From assembly GCA_035283085.1 (NCBI GenBank), contig DATEUM010000059.1, positions 1-24,087 on the forward strand: a DNA stretch of 24,087 nucleotides, in the 5' to 3' direction. The notes below the pieces were generated by a model. That model ran no database searches and was not told the origin of the DNA. It saw only the letters and a list, made by a program, of their open reading frames with translations. Of this stretch, positions 7,481 through 16,140 are shown one piece after another (within the stretch, counting starts at the first letter, position 1; every line of letters starts with the position of its first letter). The position numbers and the translations under genes are program-made. Source of the DNA: Candidatus Nanoarchaeia archaeon (GTDB lineage Archaea; Nanobdellota; Nanobdellia; UBA10117).

Positions 7481-8674
7481 ATGTTAATCGGCCTCGTTGG
7501 GAAGCCATCATCCGGGAAGAGCACGTTCTTCAAAGCTGCGACTCTCGCAGATGTAGAGATATCTGAAAGGCCTTTTACCACAATAGAGGCGAACCAAGGG
7601 GTAGGCTTTGTCAGGGTAAATTGCCCCGAAGTTGAGCTCAAAACTAAATGCAACCCAAGAACAGGCTTTTGCATCGACGGCCAGCGTTTTGTGTCTGTAA
7701 AAATGATAGATGTTGCTGGCCTGGTCCCTGGAGCACATCTGGGCAAAGGCCTTGGCAATAAATTCCTATCCGATCTTATACAGGCAGATGCGCTAATCCA
7801 TATCGTAGATGCGAGCGGAGGGACTGATGAGGAAGGAAAAAAAGTCCCAGCAGGAAGCTACGACCCTGTTAATGATGTCAAGTTCCTCGAAGAAGAGATA
7901 AATAAATGGTTCTTCAGCCTCTTGAAAGAGAACTGGACTAAATTTATCAAGCAGTCGCAAAAGAAAGAGGTTGACAAGGCGCTTGCAGAGCAGTTCTATG
8001 GCTTCAAAATTACTTTAGACCAGATTAAGCATGCGCTAAAACGGACAAAATTAGAAGACAAAAATCTCATGGAGTGGACAGATGCAGATATCCTAAGTTT
8101 TGCCACAATTCTGCGCCAATCTTCAAAACCAATTGTAATTGCGGCAAATAAAATCGATGTGCCAGCTGCTAAGGGGAATCTTGACAGGTTGAGCAAGGAG
8201 TTCCCACAGCAAATGATCATTCCCTGTTCAGCCGAATCCGAACTTGCGCTAAGGGAAGCGGCAAAGAAGGAAATCATAAAATACATACCAGGGGATAATA
8301 AATTCACGCTGGCTAAAGAGGAAGCTCTTAATGAAAACCAGAGGAAAGCCCTTGACTTCATACAAGCCAAAATCTTAACCCAGTGGAAATCAACAGGGGT
8401 GCAGCAGTGCTTGAACTCTGCAGTATTTGACTTCTTGAAATATATTGCAGTCTTTCCCGGCGGCGTCCATAAATTAGGAGATTCTCAGGGAAGGATACTC
8501 CCAGATGTATTTTTGCTTCCCCCTGACAGCACACCCTTGGATTTTGCTGCAAAGATACACACTGATTTTGCAAAGAATTTCATAGCTGCCATAAATGTAA
8601 GGACGAGGCAAAAAATCGGCAGGGACACAAAGCTGAATAACCTTGATGTAATAGAGCTGGTGGCTGGAAAGTGA
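7481..8674 (+). CDS. ychF: Archaeal YchF/Obg-family translation-associated NTPase with C-terminal TGS domain
   Basis: GKPSSGKST (G1), PFTTIEAN (G2), DVAGLVPGAHLGKGLGNKFL (G3), NKID (G4), TGS-like LPDVFLLP...IHTD. Confidence 0.93.
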   Translation: MLIGLVGKPSSGKSTFFKAATLADVEISERPFTTIEANQGVGFVRVNCPEVELKTKCNPRTGFCIDGQRFVSVKMIDVAGLVPGAHLGKGLGNKFLSDLIQADALIHIVDASGGTDEEGKKVPAGSYDPVNDVKFLEEEINKWFFSLLKENWTKFIKQSQKKEVDKALAEQFYGFKITLDQIKHALKRTKLEDKNLMEWTDADILSFATILRQSSKPIVIAANKIDVPAAKGNLDRLSKEFPQQMIIPCSAESELALREAAKKEIIKYIPGDNKFTLAKEEALNENQRKALDFIQAKILTQWKSTGVQQCLNSAVFDFLKYIAVFPGGVHKLGDSQGRILPDVFLLPPDSTPLDFAAKIHTDFAKNFIAAINVRTRQKIGRDTKLNNLDVIELVAGK

Positions 8675-9097
8675 TCAGCAGCCAAAGAAATATGCTTGCA
8701 TCTTTCTCCAGGAATATGCCTCTGATTTGTGTTCCCTGGCTTCGCTCCGCTTTACTTCACTGATATAAACCCGCCCGTGCTTGTTTTTACCTTGTAATTT
8801 GGCATCGCCTTTTTCAGTAACCAGTATCTTTACAAGATTCTTGCCGTCAGGGAGTCGTATATTGCCCACAGGCTCGTGAATTGCTAGGCCAGGCGCGTAA
8901 CCGCCCCCAATTATTTTATCTTTGTGCAATACGACTGTGTAGAGGTATCCGCCTCTTGATTTTCCTGCATAAGCTACAGAAATGTCAGCTTCGTCAAATC
9001 CTTTTACGCGTTTTTCCAAATCTGCAGAAGTATCAACCTTTATGACTATGCCACTTTGGCTTTTGCTTCCAATCTTTATGTTGTAGTATCTTTCCAC
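8675..9097 (-). CDS. Hypothetical protein (140 aa, GTG start)
   Basis: Stop abuts the ychF stop (TGATCA); TTTTTATATA box upstream on the minus strand. Confidence 0.6.
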   Translation of the reverse strand: MERYYNIKIGSKSQSGIVIKVDTSADLEKRVKGFDEADISVAYAGKSRGGYLYTVVLHKDKIIGGGYAPGLAIHEPVGNIRLPDGKNLVKILVTEKGDAKLQGKNKHGRVYISEVKRSEAREHKSEAYSWRKMQAYFFGC

Positions 9098-9181
9098 AGA
9101 TCATCATTGCTAAGGATATATAAAAATAATTGTATGCACCAGTTAACTAATCTATTTAAAGTGCAATTTGCTTTTATCAGC

Positions 9182-9472
9182 ATGAAGACTTACGAGGCTA
9201 AGTACAGCTTCAAGGCTATGATATATGACGGCGCATGGATGGGGCCTGTTGATGAAAGTGATACTTACAAATTCGAAGCCAAGGACGACAATGATGCAAG
9301 GGTAAAGGCTGAAGAATACAAACCTCAGCTGCTGAAAAAATTCTTTTCACCAGAAAACATAACCTTGGAGAGCCGGACTGAAGCAAGAGCAGTTCCTTCT
9401 GGAGAGAGAATGATGCAGATGAGCAGGCCTCCAGAAGTGACATCAACAGGCTTTCACTCAAATCCTGGGTAA
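9182..9472 (+). CDS. Hypothetical protein (about 96 aa)
   Basis: Start moved to MKTYEAKY; TATTTAAA about 22 nt upstream suggests a leaderless transcript divergent from the 9097 gene. Confidence 0.6.
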   Translation: MKTYEAKYSFKAMIYDGAWMGPVDESDTYKFEAKDDNDARVKAEEYKPQLLKKFFSPENITLESRTEARAVPSGERMMQMSRPPEVTSTGFHSNPG

Positions 9473-9504
9473 ACTTAATAACTTACTTTGCTATTTTATT
9501 TCTT

Positions 9505-10458
9505 ATGAGCGACCTTGAAACCAAGATAAATTCTGGCAAATCCAGCTATAGGGATTCCATAATAGATGCGGCAAAGCAGAAATGTGATGGCTGCGGCTCA
9601 AAAGAGCTAATAAAAGATAACCACAGCGAACTTGTCTGCAACAAATGCGGCCTTGTACAGGAAAATTTGGTACTTGACGCTGCGCCACCTGCTGGAAGCG
9701 GCTCTGAAGATGGAGAAAAGAAAGTGCACTGGGGCCCTTCTTCAAGCATAAATCGGCATGACAAGAACCTGCCGACTTACATAATGGGCAACAAGGATGC
9801 GCATGGCAAATCAATATCATTGAAGAATAAACAGCTAATGTATAGGATGAAAAAATGGCAGGCAAGGATAAGGGTGAGCAACAATCTTGAAAGGAGCTTG
9901 TCGCAAGGCCTATCATTGTTTGACGCGAGAGCGGGCCAGATGGGCCTTCCCGGCGACATAAGGAAACATGTTGCATATCTTTACAAAAAGGTTTTAGAGG
10001 CTAGCATGCTTCGCGGCCGCTCATCAGAAAGCATGCTCGCAGCCACGACATATGCGGCCTGCAGGGAAATGGCCCTGCCAAGAACGCTCGATGAAATAGC
10101 TTCATATTTTACAGTTAAAAAGCGGGATGTGGGAAGGGATTACAGGTTTATGAAAAGGGAATTGCACCTTTCCATAGGATTGCAGTCTCCACACTTGTAT
10201 CTTCCGAAAATGTGCGCTGAACTGGGGCTTGGCATTGAAACTCAGCAAAAAGCAAAGGAAATTTTGGAAGAGGCCAAGTCAAGCCGCGGCCCGCTGTCAC
10301 AGGTTTCCGGCGCGGTATACATGGCGAGCATCATCAAAAATGAAAGGCGCACGCAAAGAGAAGTGGCCGATGCGGCCGGGGTAACGGAAGTCACTGTAAG
10401 GAATGCATACAAAGAAATGGCAGAAAAACTCAACTTGCAGCACATTCAATGCCTTTAA
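9505..10458 (+). CDS. tfb: Transcription initiation factor IIB (TFB), divergent in the B-reader
   Basis: Zn ribbon CDGC...CNKCGLV, HDKNL, cyclin repeat 1 LRGRSSE...PRTLDEIA, C-terminal HTH RRTQREVADAAGVTEVTVRN.YKE. Confidence 0.92.
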   Translation: MSDLETKINSGKSSYRDSIIDAAKQKCDGCGSKELIKDNHSELVCNKCGLVQENLVLDAAPPAGSGSEDGEKKVHWGPSSSINRHDKNLPTYIMGNKDAHGKSISLKNKQLMYRMKKWQARIRVSNNLERSLSQGLSLFDARAGQMGLPGDIRKHVAYLYKKVLEASMLRGRSSESMLAATTYAACREMALPRTLDEIASYFTVKKRDVGRDYRFMKRELHLSIGLQSPHLYLPKMCAELGLGIETQQKAKEILEEAKSSRGPLSQVSGAVYMASIIKNERRTQREVADAAGVTEVTVRNAYKEMAEKLNLQHIQCL

Positions 10459-10506
10459 CCGCCCTGTGCAACCAATTTCGGGCAGAACATTCCAAGCGGG
10501 GACAAG

Positions 10507-10518
10507 AAGCTTTTTAAA
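10507..10518 (+). promoter_or_regulatory. BRE/TATA box for rps17e
   Basis: AAGCTTTTTAAA about 23 nt upstream of ATG 10541; no SD, so probably leaderless. Confidence 0.55.
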
Positions 10519-10540
10519 TGTCGTTATCGACCCTCAAAAT

Positions 10541-10732
10541 ATGGGAAGAATAAGAACAAATATTGTCAAGAGACAGGCAGAGAACCTGTATCAAGGCAAC
10601 AAGGACAAATTTAGCAAGAAGTTTGACGAAAACAAAAAGGCCCTTGAACCAATTGCAGAATTCCCTACCAAAAAATTAAGAAACTTGATTGCAGGCTACA
10701 TCACGAAAAAGTTAAAGGCAAGTGCAAGCTAA
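10541..10732 (+). CDS. rps17e: 30S ribosomal protein S17e
   Basis: MGRIRT.IVKR...F..KFDENKK...TKKLRN.IAGYIT signature; true start is MGRIR, inside the longer ORF call. Confidence 0.95.
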   Translation: MGRIRTNIVKRQAENLYQGNKDKFSKKFDENKKALEPIAEFPTKKLRNLIAGYITKKLKASAS

Positions 10733-10766
10733 CTTTTTCGGGACCCGCAAAATCGTAAGATTTTGC
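10733..10766 (+). terminator. Candidate terminator/hairpin after rps17e
   Basis: T-run (CTTTTTC) right after the stop, then a perfect 8-bp stem GCAAAATC-GTAA-GATTTTGC (10747-10766). Confidence 0.4.
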
Positions 10767-10892
10767 TCGGTTACCAAAAACTGAAAACTCAGGCAGCTTA
10801 ACCACATACAGGCAGAAAAGCGATGACAATGAATACAGCGAAGACGAATTGCAATACGAAACCCTTTTTAGAAATCCCTACGGCTTTACTAA

Positions 10893-10952
10893 GATTAAGT
10901 CTTAAGTCTGGAGCTGCTCAAGCACTGCGAAGCCTTGAGATGAGAGATAACC
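10893..10952. repeat. Dispersed palindromic element, copy D
   Basis: GATTA-AG-TCTTAAGTCTGGAGCTGC-tcaagca-CTGCGAAGCC-ttgaga-TGAGA-GA-TAACC; about 51 of 63 columns identical to the reverse complement of 13588-13650 by hand alignment. Confidence 0.8.
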
Positions 10953-10986
10953 TTAATCACCAGTTAGCGATAAGAGGAGGCACATA

Positions 10987-11271
10987 GTGGAAGAGCATAG
11001 CATCTTTATCGGAGGCAAGCCGTTCATGAATTACGTAACAGCTGTTGTGATGCAGTTTACTACAAAGGGAGCAGCTAGCGTCGTCGTGAAATCTAGGGGC
11101 AAATTTATCAGCAGGGCTGTGGATGTTGTAGAAGTGGTCAGAAAGAGGTTCCTGAATGACCAAATCGAGGTCAAGGATGTCAAAATAGGCTCTGAGGATT
11201 TCACAAACAGGGAAGGCAAGCCTGTTAGTGTCAGCACTTTGGAGATTACGCTGGGAAAGAAGCAGAAGTAA
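10987..11271 (+). CDS. albA: DNA/RNA-binding protein Alba
   Basis: IFIGGKPFMNYVTAV, VKSRGKFISRAVDVVE, VSTLEITL; GTG start after strong SD GAGGAGG. Confidence 0.95.
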   Translation: MEEHSIFIGGKPFMNYVTAVVMQFTTKGAASVVVKSRGKFISRAVDVVEVVRKRFLNDQIEVKDVKIGSEDFTNREGKPVSVSTLEITLGKKQK

Positions 11272-11338
11272 TCTATATGCCTGAGTTTCTAGTTTCCTCT
11301 ATACAAATCATTTTATAACCGATCAGCAAAAGATTTGC

Positions 11339-12796
11339 ATGCTTGAGGGTTATCTTGTACAAGAACAACCTAAAGTCGAACTTGTTGCAGTACTAAAAGG
11401 TATAGGTTCTTTTGAAGGTCTTGGCCCTGATCACATCGCGGCATATGCCGCAAGAGGCGATTTCGCATTTGAAAGTTCTGCACAGCTTGTGCAAGCCGAC
11501 CGCGAAAAAAACGCGCTGGGTAAAAAGACGCGCGGTGTTCTGGCAAATTCCTTTGGCAAAGGCCATGGTTCTGTTGGCGACATGACGGCATTTGTCTTTT
11601 CCATTGAAAATCTTACGAGGGCCGCAACCCTTCAGCTATGTTTCCCAGAATATTTGGAGCATGAGCAGCAATCCCTCAGAAGGGTGCAGGCTAAAAGAGG
11701 CATTTACTTGCCGCCTGCCCTGGAGAAATCCGCATTGGCGAATGAAGTCAAAACAACTCTGGAGGATTCGGTGCAGCTTTACAAAGAGATGGCAGGCATA
11801 GGCCTGCCTGACGACAAAAAGGAAAGCTCTGTGCCCGAAGAAGATGCGCGATTCGTATTGCCACTTTTGACCAGAACTAACATCACTACAAAGGGCAACG
11901 CCCGCGAGCTGATACACCTTTACACAATGAACCAGCAAGGCGAAGTGCCGTCTTACGTCGCGGATATAGTTTTAGCGATGCATGGGAAGGCAAAAGACGC
12001 GGCACCGCACACATTTGCCAGAGGGTCGTTGAACTATGAAACCCTGGGATTTTTCCCCTCGATGACTCTGTACGCATCCGAAAACCGCACATTAAATGAA
12101 ATAATCAAGACTAACAGCAATGATGATGTAGCTTTTGTGAAGCATAAGGTAGATGAAGAAACTATGCAGAGGGCAGTTGAGCAGAAAAGAGAGGAGGAGC
12201 TTGCAAACCTAAAACATGTTCGCGACGGCGAACACATGTCTGGGTTTTTGTTCCCGATATCACTCGCTGGTTTCCATCAAACCATTCGGCAAAGGACGTG
12301 GCATCATACTTGCGAGTCTATTTATGATGCTGCAGTCAGAGGCACCATAAAGTTACCTCCAAGCATAGAAAAATCAGAATGGAATATGCGATATTTGTCA
12401 CAATGCAGCGAAATGCTGAACTTGTACAAAGATCTTACTGATGCGGGAGTACCGAGAGCAGAAGCTGTTGGCGTCATACCGCATGCGACTATGCTCTATG
12501 ATTTTATTCAAGTTGACGGTTGGAATGCGGTGCACGCTATCGGCAAAAGAACTTGTTTGGAAGCGCAATGGGAAATCAGAAGCATATGCAATCAGATAGC
12601 GGCGCATCTCAGGGAAAAGAAATCGCCGCTTGGCGAATATGCGCAGCCACAATGTTTGACATATGGCCTTTGCCCAGAAGAAAAGAAAAGCTGGGCTGAA
12701 AATCCTGAAAATTCCACATGCAGCATATACAAGCGGTTGATGAAGCAGGGAAAACTTGATCAGGAAAAATGGCGTGCTACTGAAGAGACAAAGTGA
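11339..12796 (+). CDS. thyX: FAD-dependent thymidylate synthase, tandem two-domain form
   Basis: Two ThyX-like domains: GHGSVGD, QQSLRR, EDARFVLP, GNAREL (domain 1); QTIRQR...ES, EAVGVIP, KRTCLEAQWEIR (domain 2). Directly upstream of tmk; TTTTATAA about 21 nt upstream. Confidence 0.85.
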   Translation: MLEGYLVQEQPKVELVAVLKGIGSFEGLGPDHIAAYAARGDFAFESSAQLVQADREKNALGKKTRGVLANSFGKGHGSVGDMTAFVFSIENLTRAATLQLCFPEYLEHEQQSLRRVQAKRGIYLPPALEKSALANEVKTTLEDSVQLYKEMAGIGLPDDKKESSVPEEDARFVLPLLTRTNITTKGNARELIHLYTMNQQGEVPSYVADIVLAMHGKAKDAAPHTFARGSLNYETLGFFPSMTLYASENRTLNEIIKTNSNDDVAFVKHKVDEETMQRAVEQKREEELANLKHVRDGEHMSGFLFPISLAGFHQTIRQRTWHHTCESIYDAAVRGTIKLPPSIEKSEWNMRYLSQCSEMLNLYKDLTDAGVPRAEAVGVIPHATMLYDFIQVDGWNAVHAIGKRTCLEAQWEIRSICNQIAAHLREKKSPLGEYAQPQCLTYGLCPEEKKSWAENPENSTCSIYKRLMKQGKLDQEKWRATEETK

Positions 12797-12797
12797 A

Positions 12798-13580
12798 ATG
12801 GCAAAAGGTTTTTTTGTTATGATAGATGGCCCTGACGGCGTGGGCAAAGGCACTCTTACCAATGCTGTCATCAAGCATCTTGTAGAACAGGGAAAAGAAG
12901 TTCTTGAGCTGCAAAGGTGGTGGCTGAAGCACGGCTGGCACCCACCAATAGGCGAATTAAAATCAAGAAAAATCAATGTCCTTATTTCTGCAGAGCCAAC
13001 TTTTGTCGGCGTTGGCAAAGAGATTCGGAATGAAATTATCAGCACAGAGGCTAGAAAAGCAGGAAGAAAATATTCCGCACGGCAAACTGCGGAGGCTTAT
13101 GCTCTCGATCGCACAGTATTGTACCAAAATGTGATAATTCCTGCGCTGAAAGCAGGCATTACAGTCATACAAGAACGAGGTTTTCCGTCAAGTTTGGCAT
13201 ACCAGACGCTTCAGGCTAAAGAATCTGGAGAAAGTCTTACAATGGAACATATCGCACAAATGGAAGGCAACCAGCTTGCAATGCAATTTCCTCCAGACTT
13301 GCTGGTAATACCCACAGTAAATGCTGAGGAAGCCATAAAAAGACTGGAGAAAAGGTTTGAGAAAAAGGATGACGCCATTTTTGAAAAGAAAAATTTCCAG
13401 GAAAAGCTAAGGGCTTTATACAATACAGTGGAATTCATAGCAGTTTTTGAGAAGTTGGGGACGAAAGTGGTTTTTGTGGATGCCAGCAAGCCAATATCAG
13501 AGACTGAAGCCCAAATCATTGACATACTGAACCAGTACATCAAGAGCAGCAAGCCCACACTAAGCAAGTGGTTCAAATAA
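12798..13580 (+). CDS. tmk: Thymidylate kinase
   Basis: P-loop IDGPDGVGKGT, EPT, AYALDR, IQER...SSLAYQ, PDL. Start at MAKGF, 1 nt after the thyX stop. Confidence 0.9.
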   Translation: MAKGFFVMIDGPDGVGKGTLTNAVIKHLVEQGKEVLELQRWWLKHGWHPPIGELKSRKINVLISAEPTFVGVGKEIRNEIISTEARKAGRKYSARQTAEAYALDRTVLYQNVIIPALKAGITVIQERGFPSSLAYQTLQAKESGESLTMEHIAQMEGNQLAMQFPPDLLVIPTVNAEEAIKRLEKRFEKKDDAIFEKKNFQEKLRALYNTVEFIAVFEKLGTKVVFVDASKPISETEAQIIDILNQYIKSSKPTLSKWFK

Positions 13581-13590
13581 TATGTGGTTA

Positions 13591-13653
13591 GGGTTATCTC
13601 TCAACATCAGGCTTTGCAGTTCCCTGAGCAGCCTCAGACTGAAGACTTAACCC
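13591..13653. repeat. Dispersed palindromic element, copy B (overlaps the XPD 3' end)
   Basis: Minus strand GGGTTA-AG-TCTTCAGTCTGAGGCTGC-tcagggaa-CTGCAAAGCC-tgatgt-TGAGA-GA-TAACCC; 6-bp terminal inverted repeat GGGTTA/TAACCC. Confidence 0.8.
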
Positions 13654-15585
13654 TTCAGCATCAGTCGTGAAAAACTTCTTCACTTTCTCTGTTGTCAAGC
13701 GTGTGACAACAGGCCTCCACTCTGGAGGAATGCACTTGAGGTAATTTTTCCAGGTAAACCTTTCATCAACAAAAATCACGCAGCCACGGTCTTCCATAGA
13801 CCTGACACAGCGGCCTGCGGCCTGCAAAGATTTTGTCATAGCAGGATATATGTAACCATAATCCCAGCCTTTTCCAAACTTGAAATCGTAATAATCAATT
13901 AGTGATTGCGTTTCCAAATCAGGAGTTGCCAGAGGAACACCTACAACAATTACGCACTCAAGATTTTTTCCAGGAAGATCAACGCCTTCAGACATCGAGC
14001 CGCCCTGCACTCCAAACAATACTGCGCCCTTTTCAGAATTTAATTTGAAATTATACAGGATTGCAGCCCTCTGCGCTTTCGTCAGGTCTGGCTTGTCAAC
14101 AAAAATCTGCTTTGATATTTTGCCTTCCATGTACGACATTATTGACTGCATAAACAGATATGATGGGAAAAATACTGCAACATTGTGCGGGACTTCACTT
14201 ATTGTATTGAGGCAGATTTTTGCAATCTTATCAAATTCTTCAGGATCCCTTTTGGTGAATTTCGTAGTAACAGAAGGTTCTATCAGGACAAGCCTGTTTT
14301 TGGCCTCGAAAGGACTTGGGTAAGTCTTGATGTCTGTCTTTTCCAATTTGAAGCCCAGCAAATCCCTGTACAATTCTCCAGGCACTAATGTGCCTGACAT
14401 CAATACTGCAGACCTGCATTCATTAAAAACCTCTGCAGAAGACACTGAAGGGTTAAGGCAGTTGTAACTTATCTCAACAAAGGACAATTTGTTCCTGCCA
14501 TATTTCTTTTTCAGCACGCGGGCAAACCCATTATCCTCGCCGAGCCACGCTTTTAGGAAATCAGCAACGCTGCCCATTGATGATTTCTTTTCCCTTTTCC
14601 TGATTTCCTCAGCCGCATTTTCCAGGTCATCTATCAAATTAGAATAATTAAAGCCGGTGGACATTACAACTTCCTCAACAAACCTGTCTTTTTTCAGCAG
14701 GCTCTCATTCTTGCTTTCCAAAAACTCTTTTCTCAAGTTATCAAGGCAGTTGTTCAGATTGTTCATTGCAGTAGCCAAATCATCGAAATGCAATGCCTTA
14801 GCCTCCTTTGCTGCCCTGCTGACAGTGAATTGCGACAGCTTTTCTGATAGGATTTCCCTTATCCTGCCTGGAAGATTATGCGCCTCGTCCACTATTATTA
14901 TGGAATTTTTCAGCTGCTTGTTCAGCCTGCTAAGAAATGCCTTCCTTACAGAAGGGTGAAATATGTGGTAGTAGTCTGCTATAACAACAGTGGACTCTTT
15001 TCCCAATAAAGAGGCGAGCTCATAGCTGCAGAACTCATCCTTATACCTCTGCGTCAAATCTTCGGCGTGCAATATCTCTCCCTGCTGAATTTCCATCATG
15101 GCAAAGGCAGCCTTTCCCTGCAATCTATCCGAACCCGCGCCCCATACCGCATTGTAGAATGGGCATCTCTCCTCCGCAACCAGCTCGCGGCAAAAGGAAT
15201 GGAACTCCTTGCTTCCCAGCACATCGACAGAAGGGTGCGAGCACATCCATTTCTTTCCTATCAAGTCAGTCACATTGAATTTCAGGTTGTGCCTTTTCTT
15301 TATTTTCTGCAAAGTCTCGATTGCAATCGCGTGCTGCGTGTGCTTTGGCGTCAGGAAAAATACAGTAAGGCCTTCCTTCAGGGCAGCATCAAGTGCGGGG
15401 CTTAGTGTGGCTGCTGTCTTTCCCAGTCCAGTAGGGGCGTGCGCGATAAGGCACTTGCTGTTTTTAATGGAATTTTCCACATCAGAAATCAGCTGCTCCT
15501 GTATAGGCCGCAGTTCGTTGAAAGGAAAGTACATATTCTGCAGACCAAACAAATCTATAAAAGACTTTATTTCCTCCAGAAGCAA
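13594..15585 (-). CDS. xpd: XPD/Rad3-family 5'-3' Fe-S DNA helicase
   Basis: Q motif RPIQ, motif I APTGLGKT, four Fe-S Cys (WMC, SFC, RCPFY, FCSY), DEAH, SGT, SEGVD, QAAGRCVR; TTG start. Confidence 0.9.
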   Translation of the reverse strand: MLLEEIKSFIDLFGLQNMYFPFNELRPIQEQLISDVENSIKNSKCLIAHAPTGLGKTAATLSPALDAALKEGLTVFFLTPKHTQHAIAIETLQKIKKRHNLKFNVTDLIGKKWMCSHPSVDVLGSKEFHSFCRELVAEERCPFYNAVWGAGSDRLQGKAAFAMMEIQQGEILHAEDLTQRYKDEFCSYELASLLGKESTVVIADYYHIFHPSVRKAFLSRLNKQLKNSIIIVDEAHNLPGRIREILSEKLSQFTVSRAAKEAKALHFDDLATAMNNLNNCLDNLRKEFLESKNESLLKKDRFVEEVVMSTGFNYSNLIDDLENAAEEIRKREKKSSMGSVADFLKAWLGEDNGFARVLKKKYGRNKLSFVEISYNCLNPSVSSAEVFNECRSAVLMSGTLVPGELYRDLLGFKLEKTDIKTYPSPFEAKNRLVLIEPSVTTKFTKRDPEEFDKIAKICLNTISEVPHNVAVFFPSYLFMQSIMSYMEGKISKQIFVDKPDLTKAQRAAILYNFKLNSEKGAVLFGVQGGSMSEGVDLPGKNLECVIVVGVPLATPDLETQSLIDYYDFKFGKGWDYGYIYPAMTKSLQAAGRCVRSMEDRGCVIFVDERFTWKNYLKCIPPEWRPVVTRLTTEKVKKFFTTDAEGLSLQSEAAQGTAKPDVER

Positions 15586-15642
15586 ATGGCGCTCTATACT
15601 GGCTGTTTATGACAAATATATAAGATAATTCAATACTGTCAT

Positions 15643-15666
15643 ATATATTACAAAAGAGTAATATAT
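15643..15666. promoter_or_regulatory. Inverted repeat, candidate ArsR operator next to the TATA box
   Basis: ATATATTAC-AAAAGA-GTAATATAT (9-6-9), abutting TTTAAA (15666-15671) about 24 nt upstream of the arsR ATG. Confidence 0.55.
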
Positions 15667-15694
15667 TTAAACCACAATTTCCTACTGTCAGGGT

Positions 15695-16015
15695 ATGAAT
15701 AATCACAAGCAATTCTTTGCCGCGCTCTCAAATGAGGGAAGGTTGGAGATTGTTAATGCCCTAAGCAATGGCCCTTTGAATGTAAGCCAAATTGTTATTT
15801 CTACTGGATTCAAGCAATCTCGGGTGTCAAGAAGTTTGGATTGCCTGAGCTGCTGCGGCTTTGTTTCTGCCGTAAAGAATGGAAGAGAAAGGATTTACAA
15901 GCTGAACGATTCAGTGATGCACGTCCTGAAAGCCATAGAAAAGCATGAGATGTCCACAAAAAACCAGTGCAAATGCGGAGTTGAAAAGAAAAATGGCCAT
16001 AGATGTGATATGTAA
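15695..16015 (+). CDS. ArsR/SmtB family transcriptional regulator
   Basis: FAALSNEGRLEIV..L, LNVSQI, QSRVSRSL..L..CGFV...KNGRERIYKL; extra Cys/His residues in the HTH and C-tail. Confidence 0.88.
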   Translation: MNNHKQFFAALSNEGRLEIVNALSNGPLNVSQIVISTGFKQSRVSRSLDCLSCCGFVSAVKNGRERIYKLNDSVMHVLKAIEKHEMSTKNQCKCGVEKKNGHRCDM

Positions 16016-16136
16016 GATGACGGTTGACGAAACGAAGACTGCGCACAAGGCAGAATACAACGGAAAAATGTATTACTTTTGCAGCGCGGGCTGCCATCAG
16101 AGATTTAAAGCTAATCCCGCACTATTTGTGAGATGA
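15993..16136 (+). CDS. Stand-alone YHS/TRASH metal-binding domain protein (47 aa)
   Basis: MAIDVICKMTVD...EYNGKMYYFCSAGC..RF.ANP. Confidence 0.85.
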   Translation: MAIDVICKMTVDETKTAHKAEYNGKMYYFCSAGCHQRFKANPALFVR

Positions 16137-16140
16137 ACGA

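Noticed and set aside
10759-10905. Protein-like acidic frame (...DDNEYSEDELQYETLFRNPYGFTKIKS*)
   Set aside because: No ATG/GTG/TTG start after the in-frame TAA at 10756, so it cannot be supported as a gene; at most a remnant.
10823-10987. 54-codon ORF (MTMNTAK...RGGT) reading through copy D
   Set aside because: No SD or suitably placed TATA and no recognisable motif. Its LSLKSGAAQ similarity to the XPD tail is explained by the shared DNA repeat.
14318-14336. GGGTAAGTCTTGATGTCTG resembling the left arm of the palindrome family
   Set aside because: Inside conserved XPD coding sequence (KTDIKTYP), with no inner module or right arm; probably chance.
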